64,000 nt of DNA, from positions 48,546,001 to 48,610,000 of the forward strand of contig NW_026262679.1 of NCBI RefSeq assembly GCF_021869535.1, written 5' to 3'. Every line of letters begins with the position of its first letter. Positions within the stretch are counted from its first letter, which is position 1. The notes under the pieces are model-generated. The model had not been told where the DNA came from. It did no database searches and saw only the letters and a list, made by a program, of their open reading frames with translations. Positions 1-10,476 of this stretch are shown in pieces. Origin of the DNA: Mytilus californianus (Eukaryota). The position numbers were made by a program, and so were the translations under genes.

Positions 1-126
1 TCTTCGACTGATTCTTTTAAGTTGACCCTTTGTATCCTCTTCATATGTCTATATAGATGATTCATGCTATTTGAAGACTTCATGGAAAATGTAACCTATC
101 AAGCAATATTTATTCTTGATAAGTGT

Positions 127-2379
127 TCAATACTTTTGTAAATCAACTGGTTGACCCAACTTGTGTACTATCTCTTGCATAAGTTGGTGGTCCGTGTTTG
201 AAAAATCCATGGCATAACCTAATCGAAGAAATGCTTTCATATTTCTTTGCTTAACATATCCACTTTCCATGATATCGTAGTTTATTATGGCGATTCGCTT
301 GGATCTGTCATATTTATAATTATTCCAAATTAGTTTCCATTCGAGGTTCGCAAAATGATCTTCCAAATATTCATCCGACAATAGAACAATAAAAGACTTG
401 CATTTTGAAATTACTCCTCGAATTTCTTCTTCTCGTATCATGCCTGCATCAAAATCGCGACATGGTAAACAAAGTTTATAACCTTTGCTCTCTAAATGTT
501 TTATCAAGTCTTCCACAATCCATTTCCGAATAATTTCATTGTTTTCATCAAAGGATAGATATGCATCGTACGATATAGTTTTGTCGTCCATTTGAACCAG
601 TTCATTGTTTCCACTTCTGTAGTGAAAGGATATGCCAATTTGTCTTTTACATCTTAGTTTCCTGAATAATATCAATATTTCATATTTGAACTGAGAACAC
701 AGGAATGTCCCTATTGCTACACTTATGATTGTAACTCCCAGCAAGACATAACTCATAAAGCTTCGTTCTATGTCTTGATCTTCGCATAAATCAGATTTCG
801 AAACAAGAGCAGCATTAACGAAGCTTTCGTGTGTTTCACATGTTATTTGGTTGTATGAACAGTTAACTGCATGCTGTTTATGTAACCAAAGCTTTATCCA
901 TATCATGTCGCACGTACATTTTACAGTAATTTTTCCGAATCCTATTGCACAAGGATCTCTTAACAGGAGTTCTCTGTGCAGCGTTTGGATTTGATTATTT
1001 CTTAGATCAGTAAAGAGTATATTTTGTATTCTGTATATTGTAGGATCTACATTTACAATAAAGTTGAAGGATAAATTAATGCTAATTGTTCTTTCGAGGT
1101 ATTCGTGTTTTTGGAAAAATGTTATTTTGTTGTGTCTAAGATCAATGTCTAGGCCAGATAGGTCAGGAACGACATGGGGCATGCTAATATAAAGTTGTGA
1201 TGTGCAATTCACCACAACTCTATTTTTTGAAGGTTGATCAAAACAGTTACATCTTACAGGACATTTTTCTTTTTCTGTTATGTTGCAAATCAATAGGTCT
1301 GCAGTATGATTTTTCATCCTGAAATATCCTAGGCTGTAGCCCTTCAAATGAGGTGGGTAAACACATTTGGGCATACCCAATGTATAGTACTGATCCATAG
1401 CTTGAGAAGCCATAACCAAGTATCCATCCCACATTTTACAATCACATATCCATTTATTATAGAGTACATCAATTGTGTATCTAAACACAATTTTTAAGGC
1501 ATCATCAGCAGAAAATCCCAAAGTATTATACATAGGAAGGTTAGTGAATGAGTTATTCATCATCTGAATCAGTCCACCTCCAATTGAACCATTTACGAAA
1601 CCTGTATTATTTTTCAAATTTGTAATAGTTCTTAAATCGTTATTGAATATTTTTATAAAATCGAAGTAGTGTTTCAAAATTAAATCGCTTATATCAATAC
1701 TCTTTATGTTGTTGTATTGTAAGTGTATTTTCAGAAGACTTCCTGGTCGGTATGAGAAACATCCGGGTTCTAAATACTCGATTCTGTTATACGAAAAGTC
1801 AATTTGCCTCAAATTAGACAGACTAGCGAGAGAGGAAGCGTCGATTCTTTTGATTTTGTTATCAGACAGTATCAAACTATCGAGAGACTGTAGACATTCA
1901 AGGCTTGGTAAAAACTGGATTCTATTCCATGACAAATCCATTCTAACTATCGTTGGAAAATTGCAGATATTGTCAGGAAATTCCTTCAAAAACCCATGAT
2001 GATGCTCAAGATCATATAACTGATATTTGTTTTTACTTACAATTTTTGCGAATCCAATTAAGGAATTGTATTCGATAAACAAATCCCCCTTTAAGTAGGA
2101 ATATTTTCTAAATTCCCAAAATGGTTTTGATTTGATAGTGGAACAACATGCAGCGCTATCTCTATTATTGTTCATATACATAACAGGAAAACAACTTCCT
2201 TTTTCGAAAGGTAACTTTTTGCAGCATTGCATACAAAATAGAAATTTGCTAGCAATGGAAGGATGTTCCCATCTGAAGTATCCTTCAATATGTACATCCT
2301 TTTCGTTTACAATTGTGGCAGTTATGGATGTTGAGACTAAACATCCGATAACAAAATACACACATTGTTTATATCCTGT
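127..2379 (-). CDS. Toll-like receptor, multiple-cysteine-cluster (protostome) type; main coding exon
   Basis: The 744-aa ORF has LRRs (e.g. LDSLILSDNKIKRI, LRQIDFSYNRIEYL), an internal LRRCT (NKWICDC...PKCVYP), an LRRNT (CPVRCNC...VVVNC), three more LRRs, a second cysteine cap, a TM helix (YVLLGVTIISVAIGTFLC) and a TIR domain (YDAYLSF...LCLPCRDFDAG...FIVLLSDEY). The track starts at a GTG. The frame is open back to a TTTCAG acceptor at 2380-2385, giving a phase-0 exon of 2253 nt. Confidence 0.95.
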   Translation of the reverse strand, partial: TGYKQCVYFVIGCLVSTSITATIVNEKDVHIEGYFRWEHPSIASKFLFCMQCCKKLPFEKGSCFPVMYMNNNRDSAACCSTIKSKPFWEFRKYSYLKGDLFIEYNSLIGFAKIVSKNKYQLYDLEHHHGFLKEFPDNICNFPTIVRMDLSWNRIQFLPSLECLQSLDSLILSDNKIKRIDASSLASLSNLRQIDFSYNRIEYLEPGCFSYRPGSLLKIHLQYNNIKSIDISDLILKHYFDFIKIFNNDLRTITNLKNNTGFVNGSIGGGLIQMMNNSFTNLPMYNTLGFSADDALKIVFRYTIDVLYNKWICDCKMWDGYLVMASQAMDQYYTLGMPKCVYPPHLKGYSLGYFRMKNHTADLLICNITEKEKCPVRCNCFDQPSKNRVVVNCTSQLYISMPHVVPDLSGLDIDLRHNKITFFQKHEYLERTISINLSFNFIVNVDPTIYRIQNILFTDLRNNQIQTLHRELLLRDPCAIGFGKITVKCTCDMIWIKLWLHKQHAVNCSYNQITCETHESFVNAALVSKSDLCEDQDIERSFMSYVLLGVTIISVAIGTFLCSQFKYEILILFRKLRCKRQIGISFHYRSGNNELVQMDDKTISYDAYLSFDENNEIIRKWIVEDLIKHLESKGYKLCLPCRDFDAGMIREEEIRGVISKCKSFIVLLSDEYLEDHFANLEWKLIWNNYKYDRSKRIAIINYDIMESGYVKQRNMKAFLRLGYAMDFSNTDHQLMQEIVHKLGQPVDLQKY

Positions 2380-2395
2380 CTGAAATTAATAAAAA

Positions 2396-2610
2396 TAACA
2401 GTTATCTAAACTTATTTTTATAATACTATATTATAAACCGATACTAGTATGCTCTATTAATATACACACGCCTTTAAAACAACTCTTGATGCTGAGTGTT
2501 AATAAAATTAACAGTTATTGAAACTTAGTTTTCTAAAACTTATGACCCGATACTATGCTCTATTAATATACACACGCCTTTAAAACAACTATTGGTGCTG
2601 GGTGTCCATA
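2396..2610. repeat. Imperfect tandem duplication (about 110-115 bp x2) in the TLR intron
   Basis: taacagttat...ccgatacta(gta)tgctctattaatatacacacgcctttaaaacaact occurs twice. Confidence 0.8.
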
Positions 2611-2870
2611 TGTATTGGCTCAATGTATAATTTCAAAGATTCGTAAGATTTAAGACGTAATATACAAGTTACTCCAAATTGCAAAGTGTCTGTACTAATT
2701 AAGGCGACAGTGGTTTACCGGTGTTTACATCTTTTAAATCAATCAGAAAGAGAAAAATCAGGGCAACAAACATAAACTGAGGTAATCAATCGCAAAAACT
2801 CAAAACGAGGTCCGAGAACGGGTAAAAAGTAAAATAACAAAAATACCGAACTCCAAGGAAAATCCAAATC

Positions 2871-2880
2871 GGAAAGTCCC
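2871..2880 (-). promoter_or_regulatory. Perfect NF-kB consensus site GGGACTTTCC in the TLR intron, inside a dispersed repeat
   Basis: Plus strand ggaaagtccc. The surrounding sequence (2835-2930) recurs inverted at 49925-50010. Function untested. Confidence 0.35.
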
Positions 2881-3509
2881 TTACCAAATGGCAAAATCAA
2901 AACCTCAAACACATCAAACGAATGGTACAGGCATTTCCTTATGTAGAAAATGGTGGATTAGACCTGGTTTTATAGCTAGCTAATCCTCTCACTTGTATGA
3001 CAGTCGCATAAAATTCCATTATATTGACAATAATGTGTGAGCGTCACCAGATATGCATGCATCAAGCGACATTCGAATTCACACTCAGTCAAATGTCAAC
3101 ATAAACAAATCAGGAATGTCGTTTTCACTTACTAGCTGTTCCAATGACAATCGTCCGAACAGTCATACTGTATATGAAACTTGTAAGTTTCGAATAAATA
3201 ATTTTGGAATATAGAGGATAACAGGTATCAGATGTTTCCGGAATTTTTGTTTTGTATGAAAGGAAGTGCTGTAAAAATGTCGGCAATACGACCCCTTTTA
3301 TCGCCAATTCCATAAGCCCCTGTTTCTATGATTTTGTTAAGGAACTACAATATATATGAGCATTTTTTTTTAATTGTACATGTCTGTGTCTCAGCCAAAT
3401 ATCTTACATTTATGTGTTTTATTTGAACAATTTTTATATTCCAATATTTAACAATTGCTTTAAAGAATGTACAGTAGCTGATTTTGGTTTTCGAAACACT
3501 ATCTGAAGG

Positions 3510-3960
3510 ATTAATTGATTGATTGTTGGTAGCTTAACGTCCAGTTGCAAATATTTCATTCGTGTTCAGGACGAGAACAAATTAACAATAAATCCAATAA
3601 GATGGTCCTGTAATAATAGTCGTCCGGGGTGAATGTTGGGAAATTAGGACTGCCACTGGAAAATGAGGGTATATTTGATAGGGACAGTAATTTTGTCTTG
3701 CAACAGGACACCTACGATCACCTCAAATGTTGTTGCAAAGATGCTTAACGTGCAGAGAGCATGACACTATCTCTACCCGAAGCATCGGATTTAATCTCCC
3801 CATTCTGACCGGATGTGGCTGCATATTTCATACATCCCGCACAGCCAAACAAAAGCTGTACTGCCGGTCGGACGAAGACCGAGAGTGACCATACTGCTAT
3901 ACCCCAGTCACTCTTGGTGGAGTAACTGAAGGAACTGATTGACTCACTGGAACTCCTGAT
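3510..3960 (-). mobile_element. SINE-like element with Deu/Nin-like central domain and (AATC)n tail
   Basis: Shares ...GATGC.TCG.GTAGAGAGAGTGTCA.GCTCTCTGCACGTTAAG... and the tail ttctcgtcctgaacatgcatgaaatatttgccactggacgttaagcaaccaacaatcaatc with copies at 15440-15815 (+), 23075-23255 (+), 44190-44400 (+) and 44920-45320 (-). The domain assignment is from recalled similarity. Confidence 0.6.
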
Positions 3961-6578
3961 CAATGTAAACTATCACTGATTTAAATTCATATTTTTCCCG
4001 TTATGTTAAAGAATCTGTTATCTTTGCTCTTCTATTTTTTTTCTAGTCGTGATGTAGTTTTGCAGAATTAATGTGTATCATTTTTAAAATCATTGACTGT
4101 CTCACGAGATTATGTCCACTGAATAACACAGTAGCATTGTTGTTGTATAAATAAAATCACCCATGTACCGAGAAGATACATGTATGTTTGGTTACTTACC
4201 ACAAACACTACAAACTATTTAAGATATAGGCACCACAAAAAAGGTAACACTATGGAAAATCTATTTAAGTCTTGATGACAACGTATTTTTGCAACACATA
4301 CACTTTATAACTTGTCAAACCCACATTTTTATATCCTTCAAGCTGGGACATAATATTTTTAGTTAGTATAATAATAGTCCCAGCTTCAAGATAGTATGGG
4401 AGTCATCCACCATCTTTGATTGTAAAATACCAGAACACAATTGGTCTATATTTTCAATCAAGTCAGCAAATTTCGATGAAGGAATTAAATTTAGTAGGAA
4501 GAATTTCATTCAGATGAATCAATATTTGTGATTTAAGTTTACAATGACCAATATTTTTTACAAAGGTAGAATTGTTTTGTTTGATTTCAAATTGTTTTAA
4601 ACTAGAATATTAAAGGAAGGTAGCTCATAAATGTATAATTTATACAGATAATTACAGGAAATTTATTTAATACTCACATACTACCCCAAGCAGTATTAGA
4701 AGTGATAATTTCTTGAAAATATGCGAATGATTCCACTTCGTAAAAGTCCGCTACATAACATTTCACCAAATACTGTTATTTAGTTGATAAATTCTCTGAT
4801 ATATATAAATATTTATCAACGTAATTACATCCACTTCATTTGAACTTTGGTGGATAGTTGTCTCATTGGCAATACCACATCTCCTTATTTTTATATTCGT
4901 TTTGGGGATGATTATTGTACACTTTCTACATTCATTCTGGTATAAATTCGTTTAACTTTTTATTATTAAAGTACATGCTTGCCCCCTATACAACACAGTA
5001 TATCCCTATGTTACATTAAATCCACTAATTAATTATTACACAGCATAATATACAATAGTAAGTTGAGATTCATGTCGAATTTGTTTTTGCCCAAGTCTAG
5101 ACATTCTTTCAATACAATCAATCTATAAAAAGAACTACCTCATATTTTAACAATCAAACATCAATACAGTTATGCATATACAAATATTTTCAATTATTTA
5201 AAAATGATATGGCTTTTAAAAATAATTTGAAAAGTTAGATTTGTGATAAAGGTGTATCAGCTGTATACAGTTGGATAAAATCGACGAAAATCTATTCACA
5301 TTTCCCTTTATACTGCAAATGGCTTTCAAATGCTAGTCGTCCTTTGTTAATTTATGTTGATTATAGTCATTTTGCTTAGTTCCTTATGTTACCTATTCTA
5401 ACATTGGACTTAGACTTCTTTTGATTTGATTTGTATTGTGTGTATTGTTGTGTTTGTTTATTCCACATTGGCCAGAGGTATAGTGGGAGGGGAGATCTCA
5501 CAAAACATGTTTAACCCCGCCGTATTTTTGCGCCTTATCCAAGTTAAGATCCTCTGTTAGTCTTTTGTGGTTTTTTTTATGCTTGGTTCATTTGTATGTT
5601 TCGGATATAGTGTAGCGCCCATTTCGCTGAACTAGTATAAATTATTGTTTATGTGCCCGGTGAAACCCACCTCCGAGTGCGGGATTTTCTCGCTGCGTTG
5701 AACCCCCATTTGGGGCCTTGGGCTGTTTTCTGCTCTTTGGTCGGGTTGTTATCTCTTTGACACATTCCCCGTTTCCATTCTTTATCCTATTCAATTCATG
5801 AATGGATTATTTCGAGTAAGGACTATCATTCTGCATACAGACAACACGCATATATCATGTACTGTATTATTTAAAAGTAAAAAGAGGTTTACAGACATCA
5901 TCTCCCCATTTCTTACACGTATTCCATTCCTGTCGTGTAAATTATATATTTAAAAATGGAATGTGTAGGCATTTAAAAGCACACCTGGTTTCGTAAAAAC
6001 TAAATGTCCAATTTCGTAGAGGATAAACCTTGGTCGAGTAAGGTTTTGCGTTTCAAACAGGAACCACTGCTTATAAGTAATTTGGTCGTTTCAGGACATG
6101 ATTGTCGTAATTGTAATACAGGTTATCTATTCAAATGCTATTTCAACATGACTTTTTTATATATTAAATGGAATAAAGGTTGAGCACGCTTTAATTTCTT
6201 ATCAGGTTGGGTCTGATTATTGCATTGAAACTCATTTACAGAGCAAAATAATATCAGAATCCATTACCGCAATGGCTTGCCCATAAAATAAAATATTCAT
6301 ATTGTTTGCATGTGAACATTTTCAATATCCAAAAACCGTTATGTTTCTCTTGAAGTACAATAACCAGAGATGAAGCTAAACAACGCACAAATAAGACAAA
6401 ACTTTAGTGTTGTTGAACCCCTCCAAAAAATTGCTATCTTATTTTAAATTTATGAAAATTATTTTCCGTTCAACGTTTATATTCGTGTTTGCTAGGAATG
6501 GCGAAAACGACGAATATTTGATGACCCAAAAAAATCTGATGTGCATGCATTAATATACGGTAATTAGTAAGAACTTAC

Positions 6579-6596
6579 CATCTTTAACATTCGCAT
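6579..6596 (-). CDS. Candidate first coding mini-exon of the TLR (MRMLKM)
   Basis: Minus strand reads ATG CGA ATG TTA AAG ATG|GTAAGT, a phase-0 consensus donor matching the phase-0 acceptor at 2379. The joined N-terminus MRMLKMTGYKQCVYFVIGCLVSTSITAT resembles a signal peptide. No transcript evidence. Confidence 0.4.
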
Positions 6597-7184
6597 CGTT
6601 CCAAAAAACACAGAACGGTGAGATCCCAACTTTGTATTTCAAACATTTCCAACAAACATAATGACTGAAACGTAAATCATTAAAGGTAAAACTTGTCATA
6701 TGATCTAATAGTTACATACGCAAATTGTAAATCCACTTCACGATATAAGAAATACATTGCACTTTTGTTTAGATATTCAGATATAGTGTTGGACCGTGTA
6801 AGTTTCAAAAGCTTCAAAACAGATTGTGTTACATAATACATGTGTTTTTGTTTGGTGTTTTCCTACAATTTTTCAATATCTAATTTCTGTTCTTGATCTC
6901 TATATCAATAGTAATATTATTTTGTGTTAATTAACTGCATTAGCTTGTATTCCTTTTTTTCCGTTTTCCGTATTTCAAAACTTTTCGTGTATCATAGCTT
7001 TCTGTAATACGATACAAACGTATATAAACATTTAGACTTGTTTATATTTTTTCGTTTGGGCTTGTATTATATATGCCCTCGGGTTTATATGATCCGTTCA
7101 TCCTATTTTGACTCTTTCAAAATTCAAGAGTCTATCCTAAATTGATGTAAATTATATGGCCTTCCAAATACCGTTTCGATTCCT

Positions 7185-7229
7185 AACATCACTGAAGAGA
7201 CATTAATTGTCGAAATCCGGATATGGTTT
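7185..7229 (+). ncRNA. Minimal type I hammerhead ribozyme motif
   Basis: aacatca CTGAAGA GACA-ttaat-TGTC GAA ATCCGGAT A tggttt. It has an intact core, a 4-bp stem II, a palindromic stem III, an AUA cleavage triplet and a short stem I. Confidence 0.75.
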
Positions 7230-7402
7230 ACAAATTTTTGCACCTCATGTTTGCGGTATACCATCTTTTCCGCAAGTTTATTGTTTTCTGTTTGGTAATA
7301 AATTAATAATAAGATCTATTTTGTTACATCTTGTGATCCGTTTATTTGGCAATCGCCAATGGCAGTCAGCAGGGTTTAAGAACATCAGATGTCCGACCTG
7401 CT

Positions 7403-7590
7403 AGTCAAATGCGTTTTGTTAAAATATACTTTTTCACTCATTTGGTCTTTTGGAAAATGTTGTTTGTGCTGTATTTAGACCCCTCTACCAAGAAATTTGT
7501 TTTGCATGCACACGTATAAAAATTGCGGTTTTTATCCAACGCAATCATAGGTTTGAACGTTGTTTTCAATTTAGACTTGTTTATATATAT
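7403..7590 (+). repeat. Dispersed ~190-bp repeat ('X') that abuts (TA)n tracts
   Basis: tagtcaaatgcgttttg...catttggtcttttggaaaatgttgtttgtgctgtatttagacccctctaccaag...tttagacttg. Near-identical copies at 13190-13335 (-), 13768-13910 (+) and 34935-35110 (+). Confidence 0.9.
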
Positions 7591-7599
7591 ATACATGTC

Positions 7600-8740
7600 T
7601 AAACAGCTGATCTGAAAAGTACACCATCCACTATACATCATGTACTGTGTTACAACCATAGATAAAGCCGACGAGGAAAGGTATTACATCGACCACCGAA
7701 AGCTATATTTTTATGTAGCCTAGGTGGTCGAGTGGTCTATGGCGCTGGACACGGTGCAGGCGGTGTTGCCACGATGTCACAGAAGCAAGGGTTCGAATCC
7801 CGCTGAAGGAAGAACAAAATATTGCTAACGCAAATTTGAAGATCTAACATTGTTGGGCTAAATTTGAGACGAATTATATATACAGATTGTACACAGCCAT
7901 GTATCACCATCACTGCTGGTGATCCGATGGATAAATCAGTTGAAGAGTTGTCACTGGTTCAGACGTACTTATAAATATAATTATTTCTGTGACTGTATCT
8001 TGCATTAATTTGTAGGATCCTTTACAATAGATATTTCAGCTGATCTGTAACAATTCCATCTTCATGCCTTTTATATCATGTACTGTATTACGACGCTAGA
8101 TTAAAACTGACGAGGAAAGGTAACACCCGGCCACCGAAAGCTTTATTATGTGAAGCCTAGGTGGTCGTGTGGTCTAGAGCGTCGGATACAGTGTAGGCGA
8201 ATTGGTGTCACGATATCTCAGTAGCATGAGTTCGATTCCCGGCGAAGGAAGAACCAAAAATTTGCGAAAGCAAATTTACAGATCTAACATTGTTAGGCTG
8301 ATGTTTAGACGAGTTGTATATACAGAGTGTACACATTCATGCATCACCATCACTGCTGGTGATCCGATGGATGAATCTGTTGTAGAGTTGTCACTGGTTC
8401 AGACGTACTTATAAATATAATTATTTCTGTGACTGTATCTTGCATTAATTTGTAGGATCCTTTACAATAGATATTTCAGCTGATCTGTAACAATTCCATC
8501 TTCATGCCTTATATATCATGTACTGTATTACGACGCTAGATTAAAACTGACGAGGAAAGGTAACACCCGGCCACCGAAAGCTTTATTATGTGAAGCCTAG
8601 GTGGTTGTGTGGTCTAGAGCGTCGGATACAGTGCATGAGTTCGAATCCCGGCGAGGGAAGAACTAAAAATTTGCGAAAGCAAATTTACAGATCTAACATT
8701 GTTGGGCTGATGTTTAGACGAGTGGCATATATATATATAT
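7600..8740 (+). mobile_element. Tandem array (about 2.5 copies of a ~440-bp unit), each unit a hammerhead-like motif followed by a tRNA-derived head; retrozyme/SINE-like
   Basis: catgtactg recurs at 7639, 8077 and 8517 (periods 438 and 440). Each unit has CTGACGA GG...CC GAA AGCT (8107-8142, 8547-8582; CCGACGA in copy 1). This is followed by an A box (TGGTCGAGTGG at 7725) and a B box (GGTTCGAATCC at 7790). A partial copy lies at 13496-13683. Confidence 0.75.
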
Positions 8741-8745
8741 AAATA

Positions 8746-9942
8746 TGTTGTGTACAAGTTGCGATTTTTTACATGTTATAACTTGTACAATTCAAAAATA
8801 CAAGTTATAACATGTACAAAAGTACCTCGTACATGTTATAACATGTACAAAATATTGCTTAAAAATGGTTTTAACTTGTACAAAATTTGAAATTAAAGAT
8901 ATGTTTCTATTATTACAACACATGTCATTAACCTCAATACTATTTTCATCATTTTTTTAATTTTTCATTCATGTTAGTGTGTTTTGTCCTTTTTGATACT
9001 GTTAATGACCAGATGAATAGTTTTGATAATTACTTTAAAACACACATTTAGTCAACAAACATAATTCAGTATTCTCACCTGATGAATTATAATTGTAAGT
9101 TTCCACTCAGAAGGCAACAGTAAAATACTTTCATACTAGTTGAGACTTACGATGCAAGCGGATAGTCAGGATAGATTTTACAATGAAATCCTTGATATGT
9201 CGAGGAAAAATTCCTCTGCAAACAATACCTTGTTTTCAAAGGAGAGGATAGAAATTTATAACGTCAGAATGACATTCGACTCATGCAATGATCTTATTGA
9301 TTATCAAAAAAAAATAATTTGATGCATAAGATTTACATCAGTTATGATCAAGGCTAAAATGTTGAAGAGCAGATTCAATAACTCCAAAGTTATTTATAAT
9401 TAAGCGTGGTGCAATGAAAACCATTTTCTCTCTCTGGCTTTTATAGAGTGTGCATAAGAGATCTTGCTTTAATTTTTGCATGTTAAAAAAAGAAGGGGAG
9501 GGGTATAATTCAAATTTTTAAGGCATTATTCTTTAAAATATCAGATGAACCAGTTATTTACTTTGTTGCCATTGAGGAAATGTATGCTATTATTGCTGCT
9601 GTAGGCCATGGTGGACTGCATAAAACATACAATAACCTGAAAACGCATTATGCCAACATAAGCCGTGAAGCAATAAAAACATTTCTGAAACTTTGTGATC
9701 ACTGTGCTATAAAGAAAAAAACTTTCTGAGCTTTTGATTGTTGTTCTTTATTATTCACTAAATTTCAAATGTATATTCTGCTTTATTCTGCTTTATTTTT
9801 ATATTTTGTACAAGTTAAAACCATCAAGTTTTAAGCAATATTTTGTACATGTTATAACTATTTTTTTTGCATTGTACAATTTATTACATGTACAATATTT
9901 CTGTACATGTTATAACATGTATAAAATTGCTTGTACACGACA
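8746..9942 (+). mobile_element. Internally deleted Ginger-type (integrase) DNA transposon inserted in a TA tract
   Basis: TGT...ACA termini with imperfect TIRs (TGTTGTGTACAAG / CTTGTACACGACA) and repeated subterminal palindromes TGTACATGTTATAACATGTACA. The remnant frame 9544-9729 reads ...AVGHGGLHKTYNNLKTHYANISREAIKTFLKLCDHC, an integrase zinc-binding domain like KRABA2/GIN2. No DDE core is present. Confidence 0.75.
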
Positions 9943-10021
9943 TATATATATATATAAGTCTAAAAATTTGCACAACGGTAATACAAGATGGTAACATACG
10001 AAGATGATGTTATAAATCGTG

Positions 10022-10065
10022 TTGACAAATATTTCGGCTTAACAAATAGCCTTCGTAAGTGTCAA
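10022..10065 (-). ncRNA. Hammerhead ribozyme motif with a core substitution (G5U)
   Basis: Minus strand TTGACA CTTACGA A GGCT-atttgtta-AGCC GAA ATAT T TGTCAA. It has a perfect 6-bp stem I, a 4-bp stem II and a palindromic ATAT stem III. Confidence 0.65.
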
Positions 10066-10476
10066 TAATTTTAACAATACTCATTGTTTGTGTAAAATAG
10101 CTCAATAATACAGGTAAGTTTTGGTCTGTTGATTTAATCTCAAATCTTGAACATCATAAAATAAAACAAAACTCAAAACTCAATAGACGTGACTGTGTAT
10201 ATATACATCCCAAAATGAGTGAAAAATAAAACCGCTAGTATTTCTTATTGATGCCGTTTGGATGATGTACATTTAGTTCCTTTATCCAAAAGCTTTCCCG
10301 AACCTGTCATATATATAATATAATATATATATATAATGTCTAAAAATAGCAACAATCAACATCCAATCTATTTAGGCGTGGATCAGCTTGTGAAAATAAA
10401 CTGATACAGTTACTAAATTAAAATTATATAAATGTCTAAAAATATAACTTAAACGCGCTAATTGATACATTAAAAA

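Noticed and set aside
2359-2361. GTG start assigned to the TLR by the ORF track
   Set aside because: The locus is eukaryotic and the frame continues to a splice acceptor at 2380, so the start lies in an upstream exon.
1247-2383. Short ORFs overlapping the TLR (1247-1432, 1706-1999, 2132-2383)
   Set aside because: These are alternative or antisense frames of the TLR coding sequence with no independent support.
3131-3165. Candidate TLR exon MTVRTIVIGTA with a GTAAGT donor
   Set aside because: It is phase 1. Splicing to the phase-0 main exon gives an immediate stop, so it cannot supply the TLR start.
7718-7806. tRNA gene (also considered at 8155-8245 and 35894-35965)
   Set aside because: A and B boxes are present but there is no consistent acceptor or anticodon stem. 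These are embedded in repeats and treated as SINE-type heads.
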